Positions 19,171-28,988 of a stretch of DNA of 64,000 nucleotides are shown piece after piece. A program made the position numbers and the translations under genes. The notes beneath the pieces are model-generated. The model was not told where the DNA came from. It saw only the letters and a list, made by a program, of their open reading frames with translations, and searched no databases. This DNA comes from an uncultured Acidobacteriaceae bacterium (lineage in GTDB: Bacteria > Acidobacteriota > Terriglobia > Acidiferrales > UBA7541). The stretch covers positions 2,600 through 66,599 of the forward strand of contig CAZIWR010000001.1 in the NCBI GenBank assembly GCA_964542805.1, read 5' to 3'. The first letter of the stretch is position 1; each line of letters opens with the position of its first letter.

Positions 19171-20264
19171 TTGATGGCCGCATGGTCTCCAACACCGGCA
19201 TCGGCCGCTGGCTGGAAAATATCGTTGCGCACCTGCTGCGCGCCAACTCCGGCCACCGCATCACCGTGCTGGTGGACCCCGAGAGCGAGCGCCTGCGCGG
19301 CTTCGACGGCGCCGCCCGCTGCCTCCCGCGCCGTGCTCCCATCTATTCCCTCCGCGAGCAGTGGGTGCTCCCGCTCGAGCTGCGCCGCTGCCGCCCCGAC
19401 CTCGCGCATTTCCCCAACTTCAACGTGCCGCTTGCCGCGCGCGCTCCCTACGTGCTCACCCTCTGCGACATCATCTATTACTGCGACCCGGCGGCCTGCC
19501 CTTCGCGCCTGGCCCACCGCTACGCCCGCGCGATGATCGCTTTCGCCGCGCGCCGCGCGCGCAAAATCCTCACCATCTCAGAATATTCCAAGCGCGAAAT
19601 TGTCCGCCACCTCGGCCTGCCCGCGGAGAAAATCGCCGTGGTCTATCCCGCGGTGTGCGCCGAGCGCTTTCGCACCGGACTGCCCGCCGCGGAGATCGAA
19701 GCTGCCAAGAAAAAATTCGGCATCCACCGGCCCTACATTTTCTATACGGGCAATCATGAGCCGCGCAAAAACCTGCCCGCGTTGCTCCGCGCCTTTCGCA
19801 GCCTTGCCACGCGCCGGCGCTGGCAACTCGTGCTCGGCGGCCGGCTCGACCCGCGCCGCCAGTCGCTCTACGACGAAGCCGCCGACCTCGTCGCCGGCGG
19901 CGACCTCCGCCTGTGCGGCGAAATTCCCGAGTCCGACTTGCCGCTGCTCTACGCCGGCGCTTCCGTGTTTGTTTTCCCGTCGTCCTGCGAAGGCTTCGGC
20001 CTGCCGCCGCTCGAGGCCATGGCTTGCGGCACGCCGGTGATCTGCGCGGATTCCACCGCGCTCCCCGAAGTGGTCGGCGAGGCTGCGCTGCTCGTTCCCC
20101 CCGGCGATCCGAACGCGCTTTATGTGGCGCTCGAGCGCGTGCTCTCGAGTCCCGGGCTGCGCGAAGAGTTGCGCGATAAAGGACTCGCTCGCGCCCGCCG
20201 CTTTTCCTGGGACCGCGCCGCCCGCGAAGTCATTGCCCTGTACGAACAGGCGCTCTCGGTATGA
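19158..20264 (+). CDS. GT4-family glycosyltransferase
   Basis: Track ORF 18903..20264 trimmed to the ATG at 19158 (MHVVIDGRMVSNTGIGRW). C-terminal FVFPSSCEGFGLPPLEAMACGTPVICADSTALPEVVG is the GT4 signature. Confidence 0.85.
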   Translation: MHVVIDGRMVSNTGIGRWLENIVAHLLRANSGHRITVLVDPESERLRGFDGAARCLPRRAPIYSLREQWVLPLELRRCRPDLAHFPNFNVPLAARAPYVLTLCDIIYYCDPAACPSRLAHRYARAMIAFAARRARKILTISEYSKREIVRHLGLPAEKIAVVYPAVCAERFRTGLPAAEIEAAKKKFGIHRPYIFYTGNHEPRKNLPALLRAFRSLATRRRWQLVLGGRLDPRRQSLYDEAADLVAGGDLRLCGEIPESDLPLLYAGASVFVFPSSCEGFGLPPLEAMACGTPVICADSTALPEVVGEAALLVPPGDPNALYVALERVLSSPGLREELRDKGLARARRFSWDRAAREVIALYEQALSV

Positions 20265-21436
20265 AACTCGCCATCGTTCACGACGCTCTCGTCAACCTCG
20301 GCGGCGCCGAGCGCGTTGTCGCCACCCTGCATGAAATCTTTCCCGACGCGCCCATCTACACCACCGCCTACCTTCCCGCGCGTACGCACGCCGCGCTGCG
20401 CGGCGCGGACATCCGCACATCGTTCCTCCAGCCGCTGGCGCGCAGCGAAGCGCAGTTGAAGCTGCTCTTCCCGCTGACTATCGCCGCCATGCGCCGCTTC
20501 GATCTTTCCGCCTACGACCTCGTGCTCAGCTCCTCCACGTTTTGCGCCAAAGATGTCAGCGTCCCCGACCCCGCGCGCCACGTTTGCTACTGCTACTCCT
20601 ATTTCCGCCCGGTGTGGGAGTTTGACAGTTACATCGCGCGCTTCGCCTGGAACGGTTGGAAAAAAGCGGCCGCGCGTCAATTCTTCTCCGCGTTTCGCGG
20701 CTGGGACTTTCGCGCCGGGCAGAAGCCCGGCCGCATGATTGCGATCTCGCTGGAGTCCGCGCGCAAGATCGAGCGTGCTTACCGCCGCACGACTTCCATT
20801 ATTTATCCGCCCGTGCACGTGGCGCGCTACCCGCTCTCGCATCGCTCTGAGGATTTCTTTCTGGCCGTCTCGCGCCTGATGCCCTACAAGCGCATGGACA
20901 TCGTGGTCGAAGCATTCCGCGAATTGCGCTGCCCGCTCAAAGTGGTCGGCACGGGACCCGACCTCGCCCGGCTGCGCGCGCTCGCCGGCCCGGAAACAGA
21001 GTTCACCGGCGCGGTCTCCGAAGACCGCCTGATCGATCTCTATTCCCGTTGCCGCTGTTTGGTTTTTCCCGGCGAAGAGGATTTCGGCTTGGCGCCGCTC
21101 GAAGCCCACGCTTGCGGCAAGCCGGTGATCGCCTTCGGTCGCGGCGGCGCGCTGGAAACTCTCATCCCCGCCAATCCCGCGCCGGGGTCTGTAGGGGCTA
21201 GCTGCAACCCAGCCCAAGTCGTTGCGCCGACCGCTGTCTTTTTCTACGAGCAGACTTCCGCGGCCGTGGTGGCCGCCGTGCGTCAATTCGAACGAATGAA
21301 TTTTTCTCCCGAAGCCGCGCGGGCCCAGGCCATGCGCTTCGACACGAGCCGCTTCCGCCGCGAACTGCTTACGCATCTCGACCTGGCTGCACGCTACGCG
21401 CCGCTGCCCGCGCGCGGCTCTGCCGTGGCAGATTGA
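20261..21436 (+). CDS. GT4-family glycosyltransferase
   Basis: ATGA overlap with the upstream gene. MKLAIVHDALVNLGGAERV and LVFPGEEDFGLAPLEAHACGKPVIAFGRGGALE. Confidence 0.85.
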   Translation: MKLAIVHDALVNLGGAERVVATLHEIFPDAPIYTTAYLPARTHAALRGADIRTSFLQPLARSEAQLKLLFPLTIAAMRRFDLSAYDLVLSSSTFCAKDVSVPDPARHVCYCYSYFRPVWEFDSYIARFAWNGWKKAAARQFFSAFRGWDFRAGQKPGRMIAISLESARKIERAYRRTTSIIYPPVHVARYPLSHRSEDFFLAVSRLMPYKRMDIVVEAFRELRCPLKVVGTGPDLARLRALAGPETEFTGAVSEDRLIDLYSRCRCLVFPGEEDFGLAPLEAHACGKPVIAFGRGGALETLIPANPAPGSVGASCNPAQVVAPTAVFFYEQTSAAVVAAVRQFERMNFSPEAARAQAMRFDTSRFRRELLTHLDLAARYAPLPARGSAVAD

Positions 21437-21473
21437 AATCCGCCCCTGCTTTTTGTTTTCAATTTTCGGTTTT

Positions 21474-22436
21474 CTATTTTCGACCCGTGCCGGCCAATTC
21501 CTGCAAGGTATCGCCCAGCGCGTCGGCCAGCGACTGTGCGAAGGAAATCTGCGGCCGCCAGCCGGTGCGCCGGCGAAGTTTCGCGGCACTCCCGGCAATG
21601 CGTGCGGGATCGTTGCTGCGGATTCGCGCGCGGTCGGTGCTTACGGTGATCTTCATTCGAGAAAGGCGCCGCAGCAGGTTCACCGCCTCGCGCAGCGAGT
21701 GCGCGCGCCCGGAGCAGATATTGTACGTCTCGCCCGGAAAACCCTTGCGCAGCGCCAGGTACATGGCGCGCACGCCGTCGCGCACGTCCAGAAAGTCGCG
21801 TTGCCGCGAGAGGTCGCCTGTGCGCAGCACCGGATCGCGGCTGTGCAGCAGGATCTCCGCCACCTGCCGCGTGAAGCTCCCGATGGAGAAGGAGTCCGAC
21901 TGTCCCGGACCAATCATGTTCGCCGGGCGGACAATTACCGCGCGCAGCCCGGACTCCTCCGCGGCGCGGCGCACCAGCATTTCTCCCACGGCCTTGCTGG
22001 CCGCGTACGCGTTGGCCGGCGCGAGCGGCGTTTTTTCCGTGAGCAGCTTTCCGCCCGGCGGCAGGGAGTGAACCTGCACGGTGCTGACAAAAAGAAATCG
22101 CGGCCGGCCCAGCGCGGCGGCGGCGCGCAACAGGTGGCGCGTGCCTTCGATATTTACGTCGAAGGCGAGTCCGGGATGTTCGCGCGCGAACGGCACCGAG
22201 GAGATTGCCGCGAGGTGATAGATTTCGTCGGGACGCGTTTTTTCGACGATGGCCGCGAGTGGCTTCGCATCGGTGATTTCACAGCGGTAGAGCGGCACGC
22301 CTTCGAGAGCCTGCGCTGTGGCCGCGGGCAGCGCGAAGTCCTGCACGATGCCAGTGACGCGGTAGCCACGCGAGCGCAGCAGGCGCACCAGATGCACGCC
22401 GGCGAATCCGGCAATGCCGGTGACCAGCGCCTTCAT
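21474..22436 (-). CDS. rmd: GDP-4-dehydro-6-deoxy-D-mannose reductase-like extended SDR
   Basis: MKALVTGIAGFAGVHLV and the YAASK YxxxK motif. 4-nt overlap with gmd immediately upstream. Assignment as Rmd rather than another GDP-sugar reductase is an inference from context. Confidence 0.7.
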   Translation of the reverse strand: MKALVTGIAGFAGVHLVRLLRSRGYRVTGIVQDFALPAATAQALEGVPLYRCEITDAKPLAAIVEKTRPDEIYHLAAISSVPFAREHPGLAFDVNIEGTRHLLRAAAALGRPRFLFVSTVQVHSLPPGGKLLTEKTPLAPANAYAASKAVGEMLVRRAAEESGLRAVIVRPANMIGPGQSDSFSIGSFTRQVAEILLHSRDPVLRTGDLSRQRDFLDVRDGVRAMYLALRKGFPGETYNICSGRAHSLREAVNLLRRLSRMKITVSTDRARIRSNDPARIAGSAAKLRRRTGWRPQISFAQSLADALGDTLQELAGTGRK

Positions 22437-23422
22437 CCGCGCGCCGCTCCCGCCAGCGTTTCCGCGCGCACCTGTTGCAGGTCCGCGTCCACCATCATGT
22501 GCACCAGCTGCGCAAAGCTGGTGGCCGGCTGCCAGCCCAGCTTCTCGTGCGCCTTCGTTGCGTCACCGCGCAGGTGTTCCACGTCCGCCGGGCGCAGCAG
22601 CGACGCTTCCGTGGTCACGTGCGTTTTCCAGTCCAGCCCGGCCTGCGCGAACGCCGTTGTCACCAGTTCCTCCACCGAATGGCATTCGCCGGTGGCGAAC
22701 ACAAACTCCTCCGCCTGCGGCTGCTGCAGCATGCTCCACATCCCGCGGACGTAATCGCCCGCAAATCCCCAATCGCGCACCGCGCGCAGGTTGCCCAACT
22801 TCAAATCCTTTTGCAGTCCGAGCTTGATACGCGCCGCCGCGTGCGTGATTTTTCGCGTCACAAATTCCAGCCCGCGCCGCGGCGACTCGTGGTTGAACGA
22901 AATCCCGCAGCAGGCGAAGAGCCCGTAGCTTTCGCGGTAGTTGATGGTGATGTAGTGCGCGTACGCTTTGGCCACCGCGTAAGGGCTGCGCGGGTGGAAC
23001 GGCGTGTTCTCGTTCTGCGGCGTTTCTCGCGCAGCGCCGTACTGCTCGCTGCTGGACGCCTGGAACATGCGGATTTTCGGGTTCACTTTGCGGATGGCTT
23101 CCAGCAGCCGCGCCACGCCCACGCCGGTCACCTCCGTGGTGAAGATGGGCTGGTTCCAACTGGTGGCCACGAACGATTGCGCCGCCAGGTTGTACACTTC
23201 GTCCGCTGCGGATTGCTCGAGAGCTTTCGTAAGCGAGTTGTCGTCCAGCAGGTCGCCGGGGATCAACGTGATTTTGTCCACAAGGTGCCGGATGCGGTCC
23301 ACGTTGGGGCTCGACGACCGCCGCATCAACCCGTACACACGGTAGCCCTGCTCGAGCAGCCATTCCGCCAGGTAGCTTCCGTCCTGCCCGGTCACTCCCG
23401 TGATCAACGCGCTTTTGCTCAT
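22433..23422 (-). CDS. gmd: GDP-mannose 4,6-dehydratase
   Basis: MSKSALITGVTGQDGSYLAEWLLEQGYRVYGLMRRSSS, SPYAVAKAYA and GISFNHESPRRG are highly characteristic Gmd motifs. Confidence 0.95.
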   Translation of the reverse strand: MSKSALITGVTGQDGSYLAEWLLEQGYRVYGLMRRSSSPNVDRIRHLVDKITLIPGDLLDDNSLTKALEQSAADEVYNLAAQSFVATSWNQPIFTTEVTGVGVARLLEAIRKVNPKIRMFQASSSEQYGAARETPQNENTPFHPRSPYAVAKAYAHYITINYRESYGLFACCGISFNHESPRRGLEFVTRKITHAAARIKLGLQKDLKLGNLRAVRDWGFAGDYVRGMWSMLQQPQAEEFVFATGECHSVEELVTTAFAQAGLDWKTHVTTEASLLRPADVEHLRGDATKAHEKLGWQPATSFAQLVHMMVDADLQQVRAETLAGAARG

Positions 23423-23456
23423 TACCTGCTCTTTCTCTTTTGCTATAAGCGGCGGG

Positions 23457-24011
23457 TCACAAGCTACCCGCGACTCTTAGTTTCTGCAACTCCCGTAAGA
23501 TTATCTTTGCCGCTTCCGGCAGCGACGCGGCCACGTGCTCCGGTTTACTCGAGCCCGCGTCGGAGTATGCTCCAGCGATGAAAATCATGCGGCAGCCCGC
23601 CGCCCGCGCCGCTTCCACGTCTTTCCAACTATCTCCTACCATCCAGGTGTGTTCAAGGTCCAGATGAAAATCCGTTGCGGCGCGCAAGAGCAGCCCGGGG
23701 AGCGGCTTGCGGCAAGTGCAGTGGTCGGAGTCATCGTGGGGGCAAGTGTAGATCCGATCCACCGGCACGTGGCCGCGCAGGAATTCATGCATTCGCTCCA
23801 GTTCTGCTGGCTGGAGCAATCCGCGCGCAATGTCCGGTTGATTGGTGACGACGACGACGGGCTGGCCGGCTTCGCGCAACCGTGCCACCGCCGCAGCCAC
23901 GCCGGGCAGCAGCTTGAACTCCGCGAATCTTCGCGGGGAAAAGCCGCGGCCGAGACGCACCCGGACGGAGTTCAACACTCCGTCGCGGTCAAGCAGCACA
24001 CCGGGCCGCAT
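23457..24011 (-). CDS. gmhB: D-glycero-D-manno-heptose-1,7-bisphosphate phosphatase-like HAD-IIIA hydrolase
   Basis: LLDRDGVLN (DxDGT/V HAD motif I), the CPHDDSDHCTCRKP zinc-binding loop typical of GmhB, and VGDSWKDVEAA. Confidence 0.8.
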   Translation of the reverse strand: MRPGVLLDRDGVLNSVRVRLGRGFSPRRFAEFKLLPGVAAAVARLREAGQPVVVVTNQPDIARGLLQPAELERMHEFLRGHVPVDRIYTCPHDDSDHCTCRKPLPGLLLRAATDFHLDLEHTWMVGDSWKDVEAARAAGCRMIFIAGAYSDAGSSKPEHVAASLPEAAKIILRELQKLRVAGSL

Positions 24012-24609
24012 GAGAGTTGCGGATTTTCTCCGCCAGGCAGAAGGTGATCAGGTGATGGAGCACCACGTGGAACGCCTCCACGTGCGGCGTGGTGTTGTAA
24101 GGTACCACCACGCAGACGTCGCACAATTCCTTCATGGCGCCGCCGTCGAACCCGGAAAAGCCGATGGCGTGCCCGCCGTGGTCTTTGGCGTACTGCAGCG
24201 CGCGCAGCAAGTTTTGCGACCATAGCCCGGCTTTGTCGCGCCCGTTGCCGCCGTGAACGCTGATGGCCAGCACCACGTCGCCCGCGCGGAACAGCGTCTT
24301 CAACTGCTCCTCGTACACTTTGTCCCAGCCGTCGTCGTTGGTGAGCGCGCTCATCAGCGGAATGTTGTCCACCAGGCTCATCGCGCGCAGGCGCGGCCGA
24401 CCGTCGGCGATGGTGCACTTGAACAAGTCGCACGCCAAGTGCGTGGCGGTGCCTGCGGAGCCGCCGTTGCCGACGGTGTAGATGGTGTTGCCGCGCTGCC
24501 ACGCGGCGAAAATCATTTCGATGACGCGGTCGATGGCCGCGCGGTCGATTTTCTCCGTCACTTCGCGCACGCCCTCAAGAAACCGCTCGATGTACTCGTG
24601 GTTCTGCAT
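23989..24609 (-). CDS. SIS-domain phosphoheptose-isomerase-like protein (second, divergent GmhA-like copy)
   Basis: Track ORF 23989..24786 trimmed to the ATG at 24609 (MQNHEYIERF). TVGNGGSAGTATHLACDL and AISVHGGNG fit the SIS fold but diverge from the canonical copy at 5882..6478. Confidence 0.7.
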   Translation of the reverse strand: MQNHEYIERFLEGVREVTEKIDRAAIDRVIEMIFAAWQRGNTIYTVGNGGSAGTATHLACDLFKCTIADGRPRLRAMSLVDNIPLMSALTNDDGWDKVYEEQLKTLFRAGDVVLAISVHGGNGRDKAGLWSQNLLRALQYAKDHGGHAIGFSGFDGGAMKELCDVCVVVPYNTTPHVEAFHVVLHHLITFCLAEKIRNSHAARCAA

Positions 24610-25633
24610 ACTCCTCCTTTGCGGAAAGGGAAACGGCACGCCGCTCGCGCGCCGAAGCGTACGCTGCTTCCACCAGATGCAGCGCCGCCAGTCCATCCTG
24701 CCCGTCACCCACCGGCGGACGCTCCTCGCGGATGGCGGAGAGAAACTCCCGCCACTCGCGCTCCCAGGAGGAATCTTCGCCGTCAAAATCCATTACGCCT
24801 TCTTGCGGCGCGCCGCCATTCGCTGCGCGCTGTCCAATCACCAGCCGCTCCGCGCCGTAGCTCCCGCCGAGACCTTCGGCCAGCAGGTAGCCACGCGCAC
24901 CGCACAGTTCGAAGCTGAACAAGTTCTTCCACTGCGTCCAGCTGGCATGGAGATGGGCTACTTCGCCGCCCGCCGTGCGCAGCGTGCAAAACGCGTTGTC
25001 CTCCACCGGCATCGGCCAGAACGAGTTGGAAAGCGTCGCGGAGATTTCATCGAAGTCGCCCAGAAACCAGCGAAACAAATCCAGCGCGTGCACGCCCTGG
25101 TCGAGCAGCTCGCCGCCGCCGCTTTCCTCCGGGCTGGCGCGCCATTCGTGCTCGTAGCCAGGACGCCCGCCGTGCCCGTAGCGGCAGCGGATCCACAGCG
25201 GCCGCCCGATTTCGTTGCGCTCGAACATCTGGTGCGCCATGTTCAGCGACGCATGGAAGCGGTGGTTGAAGCCGGTCATCAGCCGCGCGCCGTTGCGCGT
25301 GGAGGCCGCCACCACCGGCCGCGCCTCAGCGGCGTTGCGTGCCAGCGGCTTTTCGCACAGCACGTGCTTGTGCGAATCCAGCGCGCCCAGCGACACGCGC
25401 GCGAGCCAGCGGTGCGTGGTGGCCACGATTACCGCGTCCACCTCGCGGCTGCTCACCAGCGCTTCCCAGTCTGTGCCGCTGCGGCAGGAGTATTCCCCGG
25501 CCAGCGCGCGCGCCCGCGTGGCGTCGGAGTCCACCACCGTCACCAGCCGCGAATCGTGCGCGCGGGCCACCTCTCGCGCCCGTTTCGCGCCGATTTTTCC
25601 CGCGCCGACAATGCCCACGCGCAGCACGCTCAC
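24575..25633 (-). CDS. Gfo/Idh/MocA-family NAD(P)-dependent oxidoreductase
   Basis: LRVGIVGAGKIGAKRA, then HVLCEKPLA, the family hallmark EKP motif. 352 aa. Confidence 0.85.
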   Translation of the reverse strand: MSVLRVGIVGAGKIGAKRAREVARAHDSRLVTVVDSDATRARALAGEYSCRSGTDWEALVSSREVDAVIVATTHRWLARVSLGALDSHKHVLCEKPLARNAAEARPVVAASTRNGARLMTGFNHRFHASLNMAHQMFERNEIGRPLWIRCRYGHGGRPGYEHEWRASPEESGGGELLDQGVHALDLFRWFLGDFDEISATLSNSFWPMPVEDNAFCTLRTAGGEVAHLHASWTQWKNLFSFELCGARGYLLAEGLGGSYGAERLVIGQRAANGGAPQEGVMDFDGEDSSWEREWREFLSAIREERPPVGDGQDGLAALHLVEAAYASARERRAVSLSAKEEYAEPRVHRAVS

Positions 25634-26496
25634 CGTGTTACCTCCGCGCGCACTTCGTCAAAATTCCGCCCGTCAATCCGCCGCAGCGTGAACAGCGCCG
25701 AGCCCGCCAGTTCCGCCCCGCGTCCCGCCAGGGATTTCCAGTCGTCCCACACGGCGCTGAGCAGCCGCCCGGTAATGCCCGCGGCCTCCGGCGAGGCCAG
25801 AAACACCGCCAGCTCGGCAGCGCGCTCCGGCGGGGTGCCGCCCTTGGACTTCTGTTCGCGCGCCTTGGCGTAAAACTCTTTCCCCACGCGCTCCTCGCCG
25901 GCCTCCAGCGCTTCGTCCAGCAACCGCGTGTTGACCGCGCCCGGCGCAATGGCGTTGACGCGCACGCCGTACTCCTTGACCTCTTCGCCGACCGTTTCCG
26001 TGAGCCGCACCACCGCCGCCTTTGACGCGCTGTACGCCGAAAACCGCGGAAACGGACTCACCGCGCCGCCGCCGGAGAAATTAATGATGCATCCCTCGCG
26101 CCGGGCGATCATCCCCGGCAGCACCGCGCGCATTGTGAAGGCCGTGCCCAGCAGGTTGGTTTCGATCGCCGCCGCCCAGCGCCTCATGTCGCATTCCGCC
26201 AGCGGCCCGATGGGCCCATAGATCCCCGCCGCATTCACCAGCACGTCAATTCGGCCGAACGCTTCGAGTGCCTGCGCCGTGGCGCGTTCCACGTTTTTCT
26301 GCTGCGCCACGTTTGCCAACACGGACATCACCTGCACGCCCAGCTTGCGTCCTTCCTCCGCGACGCGCTCCATGCCTGCCGTGCTTCGCGCCACCAGCGC
26401 CAGATGCGCGCCCGCGCGTGCGAACGCCAGTGCCACTGCTGCGCCGATCCCCCGGCTGCCGCCGGTGATGAACACGGTTTTTCCTTCGAGTCGCAT
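25630..26496 (-). CDS. Short-chain dehydrogenase/reductase (classical SDR)
   Basis: GKTVFITGGSRGIGAA (TGxxxGxG), NAAG and the YSASKAA catalytic YxxxK. 4-nt overlap with the downstream gene. Confidence 0.85.
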   Translation of the reverse strand: MRLEGKTVFITGGSRGIGAAVALAFARAGAHLALVARSTAGMERVAEEGRKLGVQVMSVLANVAQQKNVERATAQALEAFGRIDVLVNAAGIYGPIGPLAECDMRRWAAAIETNLLGTAFTMRAVLPGMIARREGCIINFSGGGAVSPFPRFSAYSASKAAVVRLTETVGEEVKEYGVRVNAIAPGAVNTRLLDEALEAGEERVGKEFYAKAREQKSKGGTPPERAAELAVFLASPEAAGITGRLLSAVWDDWKSLAGRGAELAGSALFTLRRIDGRNFDEVRAEVTR

Positions 26497-26499
26497 GGT

Positions 26500-27855
26500 T
26501 CACCTCGCTCCGGCCCGCGCGCTCTCCGTCGCAGTCCCGCGGCTCGGAAACTCCGGCAAGCCGATGCCCACGTAGAGGAAGCCGGCATCGCGCGCCGCGC
26601 GGTCGTCGAGAAAATTGTGCGCGTCCAGCAGCACCGGCTCGCGCATCAGTTGCCGCAAGTGACGCAGGTCCAGCCTCCGGAACTCCGGCCACGGCGTGAG
26701 TAGCGCCACCGCGTCCGCGCCGGTCACCGCCTGCGCAACGTCCGTGCAAAGTCGAATGCCCTGCGTGTCAGCAGTGGGCTCGCTCACTTGCGGGTCGTAG
26801 GCCTGCACCGTTGCGCCTTCTTTGACCAGCAGCCGCGCAAACTCCACGGCGTGCGAGCGCCGCAGCGTGCTAGTGCCCGGCTTGTACGTGAGTCCCAGCA
26901 GGGCCACGCGCTTGCCGCGGAGTGCCGAGGCTTCCGGACCGCACGCCGCGCGAAGTTTTTCCACCAGCCGCGGCAGCCGCGCGCTGTTCACTTCCAGCGT
27001 GGCGTCGAGCAGCCGCGTCGCGCGCCCCCCGCGTGCCGCCAGGCTGCGCAGGGTCTGCACATCGCGCCCCAGCGTGCCACCGGCAAAGCCCGGCCCGGGA
27101 TTCAGGAACGCGTAGGCGCCGATGCGGCGGTCGTGCTTCAGCGCGCGCACCACGTCGCGCACGTCCGCGCCGGCGGCTTCCGCCGCGTCCGCCAAATCGT
27201 TCACGAAACTGATGGACGTGGCCAGAAACGCATTCAGCGCGTGCTTGCTCATCTCCGCGCTCGACCAGCTCATCACCAGCCGCGGCACGTCGATTACGTC
27301 GCCCAGCGGCAGCCACCGCCGGATGGCGGTTTCATTTTCCGCGCCCAGCACGATGAAGTCGGGATGCCGGAACGTCTCCAGCGCTTCGCCCAGCCGCAGG
27401 TTTTCCGGCTGGTACACCAGCGAGAAGCGCAGCTCCGGTGCGCGCGCCCGCAGCCGCGTGTCTAACTGCGCGCAGGTGCCCGCCGGCACCTGGCTCATCA
27501 CCACAATCTGAATGTCACCGCTGGCGAATTCGCCGATGGCGTCCACGGCGCGCTCGATGGGCGCAAGGTCGCTCTCATCGTGCGCGTTCACCGGCGTGTC
27601 GAACGCGATTACCGCGTAGTCCGCTCCGGCCAGCGCTTCTTTTGTGTTTTCGCGGAACGCCAGGCGACCCTCGCGCACGCGCTTGCCGATGGCTTCCGCC
27701 AACCCCGGCTCAAACAGTGGCGGCGCGCCCTGTTGCAAGTGCCGCACCGTCTCCGCGTCGAAGTCCGTGCCGCAGACCACGTGCCCGCGCTCCGCAAGCA
27801 CCGTGCCCACTACGCACCCCAAATGCCACAACCCGATCACCGCTACCCGCGCCAC
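26500..27855 (-). CDS. UDP-glucose/GDP-mannose dehydrogenase-family protein
   Basis: Track ORF 26500..28740 trimmed to an in-frame GTG at 27855 preceded by GAAGGAG (Shine-Dalgarno-like). The N-terminus is VAVIGLWHLGCVVG, and FLNPGPGFAGGTLGRD is the catalytic-loop region. Note that the usual catalytic Cys position reads T. Confidence 0.75.
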   Translation of the reverse strand: MARVAVIGLWHLGCVVGTVLAERGHVVCGTDFDAETVRHLQQGAPPLFEPGLAEAIGKRVREGRLAFRENTKEALAGADYAVIAFDTPVNAHDESDLAPIERAVDAIGEFASGDIQIVVMSQVPAGTCAQLDTRLRARAPELRFSLVYQPENLRLGEALETFRHPDFIVLGAENETAIRRWLPLGDVIDVPRLVMSWSSAEMSKHALNAFLATSISFVNDLADAAEAAGADVRDVVRALKHDRRIGAYAFLNPGPGFAGGTLGRDVQTLRSLAARGGRATRLLDATLEVNSARLPRLVEKLRAACGPEASALRGKRVALLGLTYKPGTSTLRRSHAVEFARLLVKEGATVQAYDPQVSEPTADTQGIRLCTDVAQAVTGADAVALLTPWPEFRRLDLRHLRQLMREPVLLDAHNFLDDRAARDAGFLYVGIGLPEFPSRGTATESARAGAR

Positions 27856-27926
27856 GCCTGCTCCTTCGCACTGCGATTTTCGAATGTCTAATTTCGAGTT
27901 TCGTTCTACATAAGCGAATACTTTTC

Positions 27927-28988
27927 CTACGCCGTTGCTCCCACGCCGGCGGCCGCTGCCATCGTGGCCGCTCGCGGCCAGTCCGTCTGGTAGGTGCCGT
28001 CGGTGAGGTTGGCCACCACCTGGGTGCCCTCGAAATCGAAGTGGTAGCGCATTTCGCGCAGCCCGGCGCGGCGCATGGCCTCGCGCAGCTGCGCATGCCG
28101 CCGCTCGGTGTACAGCAGCAGGAAGCCGCCGCCGCCCGCGCCGGAAATTTTTCCGCCCAGCGCACCGTTGCGCCGCGCCAATTCGTACAGCTCGTCGAAG
28201 CGCGGGCTGCTGATCTTGCTGGAGAGCCGCTTCTTCAACTGCCAGTGCGCGTCGAGCGCCAGGCCGAAGCTCGTGAGGTCGCCCCGCTCGATCATTTCCC
28301 GTATGCGGTAGCCCATCTCTTTGATCGCGTGCATGCTCTCCACGGTCTGATTGTTTTTCTCCGCCACGCCGCGGCTCTGCTCGAGCAGGATGTCCTGGCT
28401 GGACCGCTCCACGCCGGTATAAAACAGCAGCATGTTGTGTTGCAGGTCGTCCAGCGCGCTTTGCGACACGCGCGGCTTGGAGACGTGCACCCGTCCGTCC
28501 GGCTCGATCTCCAGCACGGTGAGCCCGCCGAACGACGCCATGTACTGGTCCTGTTTTCCGATGGGCTTTTTCAGGATGTCCAGTTCCAGCCGACAGGCTT
28601 CTTCGGCCAGTTCGTGATAGGTCACCGGCTGGCGGCGCATGGCGTGCAGCGCGTTCAGCAGTCCCACCGCGTAGCAGCTCGAGCTGCCCAGGCCGGTGCC
28701 CGCGGGCACGTCGGCCATGGACACAATCTCCACGCCGCATTCGATCCCCACCAGCCGCAGCGCCTCGCGCGCAATCTCGTGCTGCACGGCGTCGCGGTGG
28801 GACACAATTTCCGAGCGCGTGTACTTCACGCGCACCAGGTCGTCCACCACCGGCCGGTTCACGTTGATGAACATGTACCGGCTGATGGCCGCGGCGAACA
28901 CGAAGCCGCCGTGCCGCGAGTAGTACGACGGCAGGTCCGTGCCCCCGCCGCCCAGCGTGACCCGGAACGGTGTTCGCGTGATGATCAT
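27927..28988 (-). CDS. hddA: GHMP-family sugar kinase, D-glycero-D-manno-heptose-7-phosphate kinase-like
   Basis: Track ORF 27927..29735 trimmed to the ATG at 28988 (ATGA overlap with the upstream gene). MIITRTPFRVTLGGGGTDLPSYY, PAGTGLGSSS (GHMP motif II) and KISGAGGGGFLL (motif III). Confidence 0.8.
   Translation of the reverse strand: MIITRTPFRVTLGGGGTDLPSYYSRHGGFVFAAAISRYMFINVNRPVVDDLVRVKYTRSEIVSHRDAVQHEIAREALRLVGIECGVEIVSMADVPAGTGLGSSSCYAVGLLNALHAMRRQPVTYHELAEEACRLELDILKKPIGKQDQYMASFGGLTVLEIEPDGRVHVSKPRVSQSALDDLQHNMLLFYTGVERSSQDILLEQSRGVAEKNNQTVESMHAIKEMGYRIREMIERGDLTSFGLALDAHWQLKKRLSSKISSPRFDELYELARRNGALGGKISGAGGGGFLLLYTERRHAQLREAMRRAGLREMRYHFDFEGTQVVANLTDGTYQTDWPRAATMAAAAGVGATA

Noticed and set aside
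20120-21598. 492-aa minus-strand ORF
   Set aside because: It is antisense to the clearly recognisable GT4 gene 20261..21436 and has no motifs of its own.
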